From positions 448,001 to 512,000 of the forward strand of contig CAVVLJ010000016.1 in assembly GCA_963749075.1 (NCBI GenBank): a DNA stretch of 64,000 bases. Direction: 5' to 3'. The stretch comes from an uncultured Pseudomonadota bacterium. GTDB lineage: Bacteria > Pseudomonadota > Alphaproteobacteria > JACZXZ01. The notes beneath the pieces are model-generated. The model was given only the letters and a program-made list of their open reading frames with translations. It did no database searches and had not been told where the DNA came from. Positions within the stretch are counted from its first letter, which is position 1; each line of letters opens with the position of its first letter. This document shows positions 23,773-33,247 of this stretch, in pieces. A program made the position numbers and the translations under genes.

Positions 23773-25189
23773 TAAGCGCGAGCGCGCCATCCGCCAGCGC
23801 CTCAAAAGCGACTTCGCGCACTACGCCGCCCACTGCCTCAAGATCCGCACCAAGGAGGGTGCCGTCGAGCCCTTCCGCCTGAATGCGGCGCAGCGCCACA
23901 TCCAGGCCGAGCTCGACCGCCAGCTCGCCGAGACCGGCCGCGTGCGCGCCCTCATCTTGAAGGGCCGCCAGCAGGGCTGCAGCACATATGTAGAAGGGCG
24001 GTTTTTCTGGCGCGTGACGCATCGGCGCGGCACCCGCGCCTTCATCTTGACCCACCTCGACGAGGCGACCATGACGCTCTTCGAGATGGCGAAGCGCTTC
24101 TACGAGCATTGCCCGCCGCCCGTGCGCCCGCGGCTCAAGGCCTCGAACGCGCGCGAGCTCGTCTTCGACCGCCTCGACAGCGGCTACCGCATCGGCACCG
24201 CGGGAAGCCGCGGCGCCGGCCGCTCCCAGACCATCCAATATTTCCACGGCTCGGAGGTCGCCTATTGGCCGAACGCCGAGGAGCATGTGGCGGGAGCGCT
24301 CCAGGCTGTGCCGAATGCGGCCGGGACGGAGGTCATCCTTGAATCCACCTCGGCCGGCCGGCGCGGCCTCTTCTACGAGCTCTGCGAGCGGGCGCGGCAA
24401 GGGGAAGGCGAGCACCGCCTCATCTTCGTGCCCTGGTTCTGGCAGGGGGAGTACCGCGAGGCGGCGGGGGAGGAGTTCGCGGCGAGTTCGGAAGAGGAGG
24501 AGTACGCGCGGCAGCACGGCACAGACGCAAACCAGCTCGCTTGGCGCCGCGCCAAGATCCGCGAGCTCGGCGGCCTCCACCATTTCCGCCGCGAATATCC
24601 GGCAACGCCCGAGGAGGCCTTCGCCGCCGAGCGGCCCGGCAGCCTGTGGCGCCGCGAGATCATCGACGGCACGCGCGTGGCGGCGGCGCCCGAGTTGAAG
24701 CGCATCGTCGTCGCGGTCGATCCCTCGGGCGGCGAGACGCAGGCGAGCGACGAGGCCGGCATCGTTGCGGCCGGGCTCGGGCACGACGGCCACGGCTATG
24801 TGCTCGAGGACCTCTCCGGCCGCATGGGGCCGGCGGCCTGGGGCGGGCGCGCGGTCGCCGCCTATCACCGCCTCGAGGCCGACCGCATCGTGGCCGAGAA
24901 GAACTTCGGCGGCGAGATGGTGGCGCACGTCATCCGCACCGTCGACGCCTCGGCGCCGCTCAAGCTCGTCACCGCGAGCCGCGGCAAGGAGCTGCGCGCC
25001 GAGCCGGTCGCCGCCCTCTACGAGCAGGGCAGGGTGCATCACGTCGGCACGCATCTGGCGCTCGAGGACGAGATGACGAGCTGGGAGCCCGGTCCCGCGA
25101 GCCGCTCGCCCAACCGGCTCGACGCGCTCGTCTGGGCCTTGAGCGAGCTCATGATCGAGCCCAAGGCGAAGAAGCTCGTATTCGGTTGA
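23768..25189 (+). CDS. Terminase large subunit (alternative start 23717)
   Basis: Walker A LKGRQQGCST, Walker B YFHGSE, VILEST, nuclease IVVAVDP, AEKNFGG, SPNRLDALVWA. Confidence 0.93.
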   Translation: MSKRERAIRQRLKSDFAHYAAHCLKIRTKEGAVEPFRLNAAQRHIQAELDRQLAETGRVRALILKGRQQGCSTYVEGRFFWRVTHRRGTRAFILTHLDEATMTLFEMAKRFYEHCPPPVRPRLKASNARELVFDRLDSGYRIGTAGSRGAGRSQTIQYFHGSEVAYWPNAEEHVAGALQAVPNAAGTEVILESTSAGRRGLFYELCERARQGEGEHRLIFVPWFWQGEYREAAGEEFAASSEEEEYARQHGTDANQLAWRRAKIRELGGLHHFRREYPATPEEAFAAERPGSLWRREIIDGTRVAAAPELKRIVVAVDPSGGETQASDEAGIVAAGLGHDGHGYVLEDLSGRMGPAAWGGRAVAAYHRLEADRIVAEKNFGGEMVAHVIRTVDASAPLKLVTASRGKELRAEPVAALYEQGRVHHVGTHLALEDEMTSWEPGPASRSPNRLDALVWALSELMIEPKAKKLVFG

Positions 25190-25201
25190 GGCGAGGACGG
25201 C

Positions 25202-26545
25202 ATGGCTCTTCTCCGGCACCTCGGGCGGCTCGCGCGCGCCTTCCGCCGCGGCGGCGCGCCCGATGGTGCCGTGCCGGAGCGCGCGACGGCCGCCTATCCG
25301 CGTTTCGTGCAGCTCGGCGAGACGCGCTCGCGGCTGCTGCCGGCCTTGAAGCCGACGCCGCTCTCCCTGCGCTACTTCAGCCGCACGCCCTATGCGCGCC
25401 GCGCCATCAACGCCATCAAGAACCCGGTGGCTCAGCTTGCTTGGGAAGTGGCGCCGCGGCGCGGTGCGGAGGCGAGCCCCGAGCTCCAGCACCAGATCGC
25501 TGTCGCGACGCGCTGCCTGGGCGAGCCCAATGCCGAGGACAGCTTCCGCTCGCTCATCGAGCAGGTGCTCGAGGACGCGCTCTGCGGCGGCGGCGCCATC
25601 GAGGTCGAGCTCGGCCAGGATCCCGAGCGTCCGCTCTGGCTGTGGCCGGTCGACGGGCTCTCGATCCAGATCTATCCCGGCTGGAGCGGCACTCTGGGCG
25701 AGGCGCGCTACCTCCAGACCCTCGGCTACGGCGGCATCGGTGCCACCGACCAGGGGGTAGCACTCCTCGACGAGGAGCTCATCTACATCCGCCCCAATCC
25801 CTCGACCGCGACGCCCTTCGGCGTGGGCCCGCTCGAGATCGCCTTCACCTCGGTGAGCCGGCTCCTGGGCGTCGCCGAATACGCCGGCAACCTCTCCTCG
25901 AACACGCGGCCTGCCACCATCCTCGACCTCGGCGAGGCGGCCTCGCCCGACGAGCTCGCCGCCTTCCGAGCCTGGTGGAGGAACGACATCGAGGGCCAGG
26001 GCATGATGCCCATTGTGGGCGGCATGCAGAAGCCGCAGGTGCTGCGCCTCGCCCCCGAGGGCGACGAGGCGCTCTACCTCAAGTACCAGGAGTTCCTCAA
26101 GGCGGAGATCGCCGCCGCCTTCGACCTCTCGCCGCAGAACCTCGGCAAGGAGGCCAACGTGAACCGCTCGACCGCCGAGGTCGCCGAGGACCGCGACTGG
26201 GACCAGGCGATAAAGCCGTGGGCCGGCCTCATCGCGGCGCACCTGACGCAGGGTGCCATCGCCAAGCGCCTCGGCTTCTCCCAGCTCGAGTTCCGCTTCA
26301 CCGGCATCGACCGCGAGGACGAGCGCGAGACCGCCGAGATCTTCCAGATCTACTACCGCAACAACGCGCTCACGCCGAACGAGCAGCGCGCGCGCCTGGG
26401 CCTGCCACGGCTCGCCTCGCGGGTGGGCGACATGACCGCGGCCGAGGCCGCACTCATGCTCGCGCGCGCGGGCGTCCGCCTGCCCGCGGCCCGCGCCCAT
26501 CCGGCACAACCCTCAGGAGAGAAGGAGGACGACCATGGCTCGTGA
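25202..26545 (+). CDS. Phage portal protein
   Basis: Follows terL; LWPVDG..I, LIYIRPNP...FGVGPLE, IAAAFDLSPQNLG, LTPNEQRARLGLP. Confidence 0.9.
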   Translation: MALLRHLGRLARAFRRGGAPDGAVPERATAAYPRFVQLGETRSRLLPALKPTPLSLRYFSRTPYARRAINAIKNPVAQLAWEVAPRRGAEASPELQHQIAVATRCLGEPNAEDSFRSLIEQVLEDALCGGGAIEVELGQDPERPLWLWPVDGLSIQIYPGWSGTLGEARYLQTLGYGGIGATDQGVALLDEELIYIRPNPSTATPFGVGPLEIAFTSVSRLLGVAEYAGNLSSNTRPATILDLGEAASPDELAAFRAWWRNDIEGQGMMPIVGGMQKPQVLRLAPEGDEALYLKYQEFLKAEIAAAFDLSPQNLGKEANVNRSTAEVAEDRDWDQAIKPWAGLIAAHLTQGAIAKRLGFSQLEFRFTGIDREDERETAEIFQIYYRNNALTPNEQRARLGLPRLASRVGDMTAAEAALMLARAGVRLPAARAHPAQPSGEKEDDHGS

Positions 26546-26843
26546 CATCCGCACCATCGAGGTGCCCGACGGCGCCACCCCGCAGCAGGAGGACCGCGTC
26601 GTCGTCGGCATGCTCGCGGGCGTCGCCAACGGGGCGGGCTCGGGGGCAGGGGCCGCCGTCGCGGTGGCGCTCGCCGGCTTCGCCAACCTCCCCGCGAGCT
26701 ACTCGGTGCTCGTCAATCCCGGCCAGGACGCCACCTGGTACGTGGGCGGCAAGGGCCCGACCGGCTTCACCGTGACGCTCACTCCGCGCCTCGCCGCCAA
26801 TACGCTCGCCGCCGGCAGCTTCGACGTGGTGATCGTGGCGTGA
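26535..26843 (+). CDS. Small virion-associated hypothetical protein
   Basis: Overlaps portal stop, GGAG RBS, beta-rich. Confidence 0.65.
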   Translation: MARDIRTIEVPDGATPQQEDRVVVGMLAGVANGAGSGAGAAVAVALAGFANLPASYSVLVNPGQDATWYVGGKGPTGFTVTLTPRLAANTLAAGSFDVVIVA

Positions 26844-27096
26844 GTGGTGAGAGCGACCTGCGATCGACGACGGCCGAGCTATTGAGGTATTAGGACAAGC
26901 ACACCTAGTGCCGCTTCACAAAGGAATCGACTCGATTCAACTCGATACAAATTTGAGCAATAAAATTACAATATTTAGGGCGCGCATGGGCTTCCTTTGC
27001 CTGTCGCGACTAAGCTGGCCCGATGGTTCAAGAAGGACGCGTGAACAACTCCGACCACGTGACTGACGGCCAGCCGGTTTGACGGGAGCGGGAGCC

Positions 27097-27462
27097 ATGG
27101 CTACACGCGAAAACCCGCAACCGGGCGTCGGCATCGTGCGCGTCGCCGACGGGCGCGGGCGCAGGCTCGGCTTCAAGCGGCCGACCATTCTCGACCGCCT
27201 GCGGCTCTTCGAGCTCATCGGCGGCGAGAGCGCGGAGAATCCCGCCTACCTCGGCGTCGCGGGCACGGCTTTCTGCCTCGTGGAGATCGACGGCGAGCCG
27301 CTGGCGCCGGCCAACAGCCGGCGCGAGCTCGAGACGCGCGCGATCATGATCGGCGACGAGGGATTCCTCGCGGCGGGCCGCGTGGTCGCGGAGCAGTTCA
27401 CCGCACCGGGCCCGGACGAGCGCCAGGAGGCGCAAGCGGAAGTCCTACGCTCGCCGCCGTAA
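27097..27462 (+). CDS. Tail assembly chaperone paralogue (copy 1)
   Basis: VRVADGRGRRLG..P..LDRLRLFEL.G...AEN..YLG...DGE.L......ELE.R....GDEG..AAGR, clearly homologous to 46041-46484. Confidence 0.75.
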   Translation: MATRENPQPGVGIVRVADGRGRRLGFKRPTILDRLRLFELIGGESAENPAYLGVAGTAFCLVEIDGEPLAPANSRRELETRAIMIGDEGFLAAGRVVAEQFTAPGPDERQEAQAEVLRSPP

Positions 27463-27480
27463 GCGCGAGCGCATTCGTAC

Positions 27481-27509
27481 TTGATTTGTTCAAACATCCA
27501 CCCTAGGTT
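27481..27509 (+). promoter_or_regulatory. Sigma70-like internal promoter for cassette A1
   Basis: TTGATT-17-TAGGTT; same ttc..acttgatttgttc context as 46681. Confidence 0.45.
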
Positions 27510-27545
27510 GAATGAACGTCGATCCGCGCAGCACCGGAAAGCCGG

Positions 27546-28367
27546 GTGCCGAGGCGGTCGGCGCAAGCCTGGCGGAGTGGTGCCGTGGGTTGGCGGCGAT
27601 TCATCGCGCGCGCAGCGAGGGGGAGGGCGGCGACGGATGGCGCTGACGGCGGCGCGGCGCGGGCGCGACCCCGCCGCCGCCGCTGGGCCGCGGCCGCGCT
27701 CGGTGCGCTGGCGCTCGCCGCGCTGTGGTGGCTCCTCGTGCGCGAGAGCGCGCCCGCGACCCTCGACGTCGATATTACGGACACGCCCACGCCGGGGAGC
27801 CCCGTCACGCATCTCAGGATCCCGAGGCCTTACTTCTTTTGGGCGATGATGCCCGACGCGCGCGAGGAGCCCCTCGTGGAGCTCGTCGCCTATCTGCCCG
27901 GCCTTCTCTCGGAGAAGGATGCGAAGCGCGCCGGCTACCCGACCGTCCGGGAGGTCGTCAACGGCATCAAGCTGCCGTCGGACAACCAAGTGTTCATCAC
28001 CGTCGAACAGTCCGTGCCGGACCTTGTGAATAAATTCTTTCATGTGCTGACCGCGCGGCCAGAGGTCAAGTTCGATGGTGCGCGAGACGGCACGTATCAG
28101 GTCTATACCATCACGAAGAAGAATTTTTCGGGGAATTACTTCTCCGACCCATTGCAGGGCGAATATCTCGGGCCGATCGGCCGCGACAATCTTTTCATTG
28201 AGTGCGGCTCTCTAAATATGTCGCCAGACGATACTGGCTGCGAAGTCTATACCCAATTCAGCGACAAGCTGGAAATGCGCTTCTCCGTCACCCGAAGCCG
28301 TCTTGCCGAATGGCCGAGCGTGGAGGAGAAGGTGAAGAAGCTCGTGGCATCCTTCGTGGTCGAGTGA
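27546..28367 (+). CDS. Single-pass membrane protein, putative immunity protein A1-i (start uncertain)
   Basis: TM (WAAAALGALALAALWWLLV), two Cys, C-terminal RSRLAEWPSVEEKVKKLVASF; tandem paralogue. Confidence 0.7.
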   Translation: MPRRSAQAWRSGAVGWRRFIARAARGRAATDGADGGAARARPRRRRWAAAALGALALAALWWLLVRESAPATLDVDITDTPTPGSPVTHLRIPRPYFFWAMMPDAREEPLVELVAYLPGLLSEKDAKRAGYPTVREVVNGIKLPSDNQVFITVEQSVPDLVNKFFHVLTARPEVKFDGARDGTYQVYTITKKNFSGNYFSDPLQGEYLGPIGRDNLFIECGSLNMSPDDTGCEVYTQFSDKLEMRFSVTRSRLAEWPSVEEKVKKLVASFVVE

Positions 28368-28417
28368 GTGCTGCAAGGCGGGGAGAGCCGGCGACCGGAA
28401 CACGGTAAGGGTCGGCG

Positions 28418-29152
28418 ATGGGGATATTCGGAGGCACGGGAAAGTTTCCGCAGAAGTCGCGCCGCCGCTGGGCCGCGGCCGTGCTCGGTGCGCTGGCGCT
28501 CGCCGCGCTGTGGTGGCTCTTCGTCTGCGAGAGCGCGCCCGCGATCCTCAACGTCGATATCACGGACACGCGTACGCCGGGGAGTCCCGTCACGCACCAC
28601 AGGATCCCGAAGGCGTATTTGGACCGCTCGATGATTCCCGATGCCCGCGAGCAGCCCCTCGTGGAGCTCGTTGCATATCTCCCTGACCTCCTTTCGGAAG
28701 AGGACGCGAAGCGCGCGGGCTACCCGATCGTTCGCGAAGTCGTCGGCCGCTTCTCGCTGCCGTCGGATAATCGTGTCGATTTGACTGTGCGGCGGTCCGT
28801 GCCGGAAGGCGTCATTAAAGACCTTCACGCGCTGATCAAAGACGATCACGCCAGGTTCGATGGCGTGCGAGGCGGCGCGTACGAGGTCTACACTATCACC
28901 AAGAGGAATTTCTCGGGGAACTACCTCCCGGACCCGAGCCAGGGCGAATATCTGAAGCCGATTGGCCGCGACGATCTATTCATCGCGTGCCGCTCCCTCA
29001 ATATGGCACCCGAAAATGCGAGCTGCGACATTTACACCCAGTTCAGCGGCAAACTGGAAATCCGTTTTCTCGTCACGCGCAGCCGGCTTGCTGAATGGCC
29101 GAGCGTCGAGCGGAAGGTGAGGAGGCTGGTGTCATCCTTCGTGGTGCAGTGA
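28418..29152 (+). CDS. Putative immunity protein A1-ii
   Basis: Paralogue of 27546 with divergent central segment. Confidence 0.75.
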   Translation: MGIFGGTGKFPQKSRRRWAAAVLGALALAALWWLFVCESAPAILNVDITDTRTPGSPVTHHRIPKAYLDRSMIPDAREQPLVELVAYLPDLLSEEDAKRAGYPIVREVVGRFSLPSDNRVDLTVRRSVPEGVIKDLHALIKDDHARFDGVRGGAYEVYTITKRNFSGNYLPDPSQGEYLKPIGRDDLFIACRSLNMAPENASCDIYTQFSGKLEIRFLVTRSRLAEWPSVERKVRRLVSSFVVQ

Positions 29153-29199
29153 GTGCCGCGCGGAGAGTAGGGCTCGCGAGCGGAGCACCGTAGGGATCG

Positions 29200-29940
29200 G
29201 TGATGGGGATATTTGGGGGCACGGGGAAGGTTCCACGGAGAGCGCGCCATCGCCGCCGGGTTGCGGTCGCGCTCGGCGCGCTGGCGCTTGTCGCGTTGTG
29301 GTGGTTCCTCGTGCGCGAAAGCGCGCCTGCGATCCTCAACGTCGATATCACGGACACGCGCACGCCGGGGAGCCCCCTCACGCATCTCAGGATCCCGAGG
29401 GCGTATTTGGATCGGTCGATGCTTCCCGACGCGCGCGAGCAGCCCCTCGTGGAGCTCATCGCCTACCTGCCCGGCCTCATCACGGAGGAAGAGGCGAAGC
29501 GAGCCGGTTACCCCACCGCGCGAGCGGTCGTCGATGGCATCAAGTTGATGACGGATGACGAGCTCCCGATCACTCTCTACAACTCCGTGCCAGACGGGGT
29601 GAGCAAGTCCTTCCACGGAATGATCGGGGAGCGAGACGTGAGGTTCGACGGCATACGAGACGGCACCTACGAAGTCTATACGATCACGAAGAGGAATTTC
29701 GCCGGGAATTACTTGCCAGATCCGAGTCAGGGCGAATATCTGAAGCCACTGGGCCGCGACGATCTTTTCGTCGAGTGTCCCTCCCTCAATATGCCCCCCG
29801 AATATACACGCTGCAATTTTTATATCCAATTTAGCGATCGTCTGGAAATCCTATTCATACTCGGGCGCAATCGTCTAGCGGAATGGCCGAGCGTCGAGGC
29901 GAAGGTGAAGGAGCTGGTGGCATCCTTTGTGGTCGAGTAA
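29200..29940 (+). CDS. Putative immunity protein A1-iii
   Basis: Paralogue of 27546 and 28418; directly upstream of the putative effector. Confidence 0.75.
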   Translation: MMGIFGGTGKVPRRARHRRRVAVALGALALVALWWFLVRESAPAILNVDITDTRTPGSPLTHLRIPRAYLDRSMLPDAREQPLVELIAYLPGLITEEEAKRAGYPTARAVVDGIKLMTDDELPITLYNSVPDGVSKSFHGMIGERDVRFDGIRDGTYEVYTITKRNFAGNYLPDPSQGEYLKPLGRDDLFVECPSLNMPPEYTRCNFYIQFSDRLEILFILGRNRLAEWPSVEAKVKELVASFVVE

Positions 29941-29986
29941 CCGATACCCGTCTTCGCCTTGAACATTATGGAATCTAGAAAAGACC

Positions 29987-31309
29987 ATGCCCGAGCAAAG
30001 CAAACGTCTTACCGAGGCGGATCTGGCGAGACTCAAGGCACTCCTCGACGCCCACGACCGCGGCGGTTTCTACGTCGAATATTGGCGCCTCACCGGCAGC
30101 GAGGAAGGCCTGCTGCAGGCCAACGTCGCCACCTTCAGCGGCTACATTGGCGGCATCGCGCTGAGCGTCAACATCGATCTCCAAAATGACCTGAAGGCGC
30201 GATATAAGGGGTTATTTGAAATATCTCAGGATGTGGCGAAATCCTTCTATGCCGCTGTGGAAACCGACGTCCGTGCCGGCGGGACCGGCCACCTGACGGA
30301 TCTTGCAGCGATAGACAGCGCCAAAAAAGCTTGGGAGGACCTGGTTCTCTCGAGATTCTTTCCCGGCAATCCGATCGACGCTTTTATCCATGCCATTCAC
30401 GGCGACTTCAGCAGGCTTGACGAGATCGTATCCCCGGGATCGGGTTACGCCCTTGCCGGCTATCTCGCGGAGCTCTACGGCTGGCGCTATGGCAAGCGGG
30501 CGTCCGACTTCGAAGGTCTCGCCGGCTATACCACGAAGATGGTGGAAGGCCCCGGCGGCCAGCGGATCAAGACCATCCTCGATCCCTCGGGCAAGACGGT
30601 GTTCGTCGAGAGCCCGCACCAGTATTTTCAAGACGTGCTGCCCGACATCGACCAACCGGACGCACAGCTCCCGTACAGCTTAAGCCGCTTCAAGGAATTT
30701 GACCGGGAATTTCGCGTCGAGGCGGATGAGAGCCATTATCCCTTCGGACCGGAGCACGAGCTCTGGCGGCCGCTGCCGCCCGGCATCGCCGACCGCGACC
30801 GCGCGAGCCAGGCGGCGCCGACCATGCCGGCTCCCGCACCCTTGCCCGAGCCGCCGCCCTTGCCGCCCTGGGGCGAGGACTTCCACGAGCTCATGCAGGA
30901 GCGCGGCCGGCACTTCCTCGGGCTCAGCCCGCGCCAGGCCATGTGGACCGGCGACGGAGACGGCGATGCCGCAGCGCAGTTCGCCTCCTTCGATCCCGAT
31001 GGCGCGAGTCCCGTCGGCGTATCGCTTGCGGAAGCTGACGCCGACGGCGAGGAGCCGGATGACGATGGCGAGCCGGACGGTCAGCCGCTGGCGAAGCTGG
31101 ACCGCTCCCTCGACGGCATCGCCCGGCAGCTCGGGGAGATCATCGCCGGCCTCGACGCCCAGTTGGCGCTGCGCCGGCGGCGCGCGCGCGAGATCGTCCG
31201 TGACGTCGAGGCATGGTTCGAGCGCGAGGCGAACAAGCCGCGGAACTCCTCCTGGCGCTACGACTTCCGGCGCACCTACACCCCGCCGGGTCCGGTGCCG
31301 CCGATGTGA
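29987..31309 (+). CDS. Putative effector A1: variable N-domain, Pro/Asp linker, conserved C-terminal tag
   Basis: C-terminus EANKPRNSSWRYDFRRTYTPPGPVPPM matches 48497-49990; N-termini unrelated. Confidence 0.7.
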   Translation: MPEQSKRLTEADLARLKALLDAHDRGGFYVEYWRLTGSEEGLLQANVATFSGYIGGIALSVNIDLQNDLKARYKGLFEISQDVAKSFYAAVETDVRAGGTGHLTDLAAIDSAKKAWEDLVLSRFFPGNPIDAFIHAIHGDFSRLDEIVSPGSGYALAGYLAELYGWRYGKRASDFEGLAGYTTKMVEGPGGQRIKTILDPSGKTVFVESPHQYFQDVLPDIDQPDAQLPYSLSRFKEFDREFRVEADESHYPFGPEHELWRPLPPGIADRDRASQAAPTMPAPAPLPEPPPLPPWGEDFHELMQERGRHFLGLSPRQAMWTGDGDGDAAAQFASFDPDGASPVGVSLAEADADGEEPDDDGEPDGQPLAKLDRSLDGIARQLGEIIAGLDAQLALRRRRAREIVRDVEAWFEREANKPRNSSWRYDFRRTYTPPGPVPPM

Positions 31310-31363
31310 GCGGGCCGCACGGCACCGCCGCGCGACAAATAATTGCCAGGCTCATCAATTCGC

Positions 31364-31470
31364 TTGACCGGTGGCCATCGCTCGGCTAGGATGTTGCCAT
31401 CCTGAGATGCTGCGCCCGCCGCCCGGCGGGCGTTTTCGTTTGCGGACACCGCTTCGTTTGCGGACACCGC
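31364..31470 (+). promoter_or_regulatory. Promoter plus hairpin/U-tract leader before head genes; 18-bp tandem repeat 31435-31470
   Basis: TTGACC-17-TAGGAT, CGCCCGCC-gccc-GGCGGGCG-TTTT; paralogous to 21061. Confidence 0.55.
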
Positions 31471-31529
31471 GCGCCCTCGCGGGCCGGCGCGGTGCGGGCG
31501 CCTTCATCCCGACCAGCACGGAGAGAGAC

Positions 31530-31829
31530 ATGGCCAAGAGCGAGCCCAAAGGCTCGGCCGATGCGGCCGCGCGCGTTGGCGTGAGGACGCCGGCCGCGGC
31601 CGCAGCGCCGGCGGCGCCCCGGACGGCGCCGGCCGGCGAGCCGGGCATGATCGCGCTGGTGAACGCCGCCGCGGCGGCGGCCGAGCGGGCGCGCGAGCGG
31701 GCGCGCGCGGCCTCGCTCCACGGTCTCGCGCTGCGTCTCGCCGAGCTCAAGGAGTTCGCCCTTCGCCTCGAGCCGGGCGAGGACCGCGAGGTGGCCGAGC
31801 TCCTCGAGATGCTGAGCAGGCGCATTTGA
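31530..31829 (+). CDS. Small hypothetical phage protein
   Basis: GGAGAG RBS, MAKSEPKG start, helical C-part. Confidence 0.55.
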   Translation: MAKSEPKGSADAAARVGVRTPAAAAAPAAPRTAPAGEPGMIALVNAAAAAAERARERARAASLHGLALRLAELKEFALRLEPGEDREVAELLEMLSRRI

Positions 31830-31851
31830 TGCGGGCGGCGGGAGAGCGGAG

Positions 31852-33213
31852 ATGACCAAGCTGAGCAAGATCGAGCGCGCGGCCCTTCCCGACAGCGCCT
31901 TCGCCGTGCCGGGGAAGCGCAAGCTCCTCATCGAGGACGCGAGCCACCTGCGCTTCGCCTGGGACGAGCTCGAGCGCACGCAGGACCTCACCGAGGCTGA
32001 GCGCGAGGAGGCGCGCCGGCGCATCCTCGCGCGGGCGCGCGAGCTCGGCATCGACACCAGCGGCTGGCTGCGCCTTAAGACCATGAGCCTCGAGCTCGGC
32101 GCGCTCGCGGCCATGAGCCTCGCCGTGCCGGCGACGCCCGATCACCCGAACAAGCTCGCCTTCTCGGGCGTGCTCGCCAAGATCGGCGAGCCCTCCGACC
32201 GCGCCGCCTGCGGCAGCCTCGGCCGCCGCGTGCAGCTCGCCCCCGCCGCCGTCGAGGCCGCACTCCCCACGCTCCTCGGCATGGCGGTCGATCTCGCTGC
32301 CGGCCTCGACGGCCACGACATCGCGCGCAAGATCGGCGTCATCACCGGCGCCAACGTGGCGGGCAACGAGCTCCGCATCGAAGGCTTTTTCTACGCCGCC
32401 GACTTCCCGGAGGAGATCGCGCGCATCCGCGCCGACAAGGCCGCCATGGGCTTCAGCTTCGAGGCCCAGCGCATCCTCGTCGAGGATTTGGAAGCCGATC
32501 CGCTGGTCATCACGGCGTGCGTCTTCACCGGGGCCGCCGTCTTGAGGAAGGACAAGGCGGCCTTCACCACCACCCGATTGGCGGCGCGCGCCGCAGAGGA
32601 GACGGAGATGGATGCGAACGCAGTTCTCGAGAGGATCGAGGCGCTCGGCAAGACGGTCGAGCGCCTCGCGCAGGCGGTTGCCGAGTTGAAGGGCGCCGGG
32701 TCCGCCCCGGGCACGCTCGCGGCGGCCGAGGCGAACGGGCGCGTGCGGCCCTACGCCGAGCGGCTGAACGCGCTCGCCGCCGACATGGAAGAGGGCGGCA
32801 TCGGCAGCGATCCGAGGCGCGGCCACGCCGCCGCCTTGCGCCAGGTGGCGGACGCGCTCATGGCCGATGCCGCCGAGGGGCGCCTGCCGAGCGTCTATCA
32901 CCGCCTCGAGGCGCGCGGCGAGAACGCCGCCGAGGCGCGGCTCGCCCGTCTCGAGGGCAGCGTCGCCAGCTTGGCGACGCTCCTCAAGGATCTCAAGGCG
33001 CAAGGCGCCTCGGCCGCCGGCACCGCGCCCGAGCGCAAGACCATCCCGCCCGCGGTGGGGGCGCTCCTCGCCAAGGCCAACCTCACGCTGCCGCTTGGCG
33101 ACGGCAAGCTCTCGGTGCAGCAGGTCGACGAGGCGCTCGGCAAGACGAACTTCACCGTCAACCAGAAGCTCCAGGTGAAGAACGTGCTGGCCCACGCCGG
33201 CATGCTGCACTGA
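31852..33213 (+). CDS. Prohead protease/scaffold-like protein with DUF6582-like N-terminus
   Basis: ERAALPDSAFAVPGKRKLLIEDASH N-domain; H..RKIGVIT, MGFSFE, FTGAAVL; coiled-coil C-half; directly upstream of capsid. Confidence 0.75.
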   Translation: MTKLSKIERAALPDSAFAVPGKRKLLIEDASHLRFAWDELERTQDLTEAEREEARRRILARARELGIDTSGWLRLKTMSLELGALAAMSLAVPATPDHPNKLAFSGVLAKIGEPSDRAACGSLGRRVQLAPAAVEAALPTLLGMAVDLAAGLDGHDIARKIGVITGANVAGNELRIEGFFYAADFPEEIARIRADKAAMGFSFEAQRILVEDLEADPLVITACVFTGAAVLRKDKAAFTTTRLAARAAEETEMDANAVLERIEALGKTVERLAQAVAELKGAGSAPGTLAAAEANGRVRPYAERLNALAADMEEGGIGSDPRRGHAAALRQVADALMADAAEGRLPSVYHRLEARGENAAEARLARLEGSVASLATLLKDLKAQGASAAGTAPERKTIPPAVGALLAKANLTLPLGDGKLSVQQVDEALGKTNFTVNQKLQVKNVLAHAGMLH

Positions 33214-33247
33214 TCCGGCTGCGACCCTCAGGAGAAGGAGACACGCC

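Noticed and set aside
23576-26509. 977-aa minus-strand ORF, and similar long antisense ORFs at 38954-41206, 31747-33312 and 9695-11434
   Set aside because: Shadow ORFs opposite well-supported genes, expected in high-GC DNA; no recognisable motifs.
26844-27078. AT-rich patch before the first chaperone copy
   Set aside because: No convincing ORF or structure; probably an insertion scar and too weak to call.
29987-31309. Classical MuF polymorphic toxin
   Set aside because: The position fits, but I see no MuF domain and the conserved part is C-terminal rather than N-terminal.
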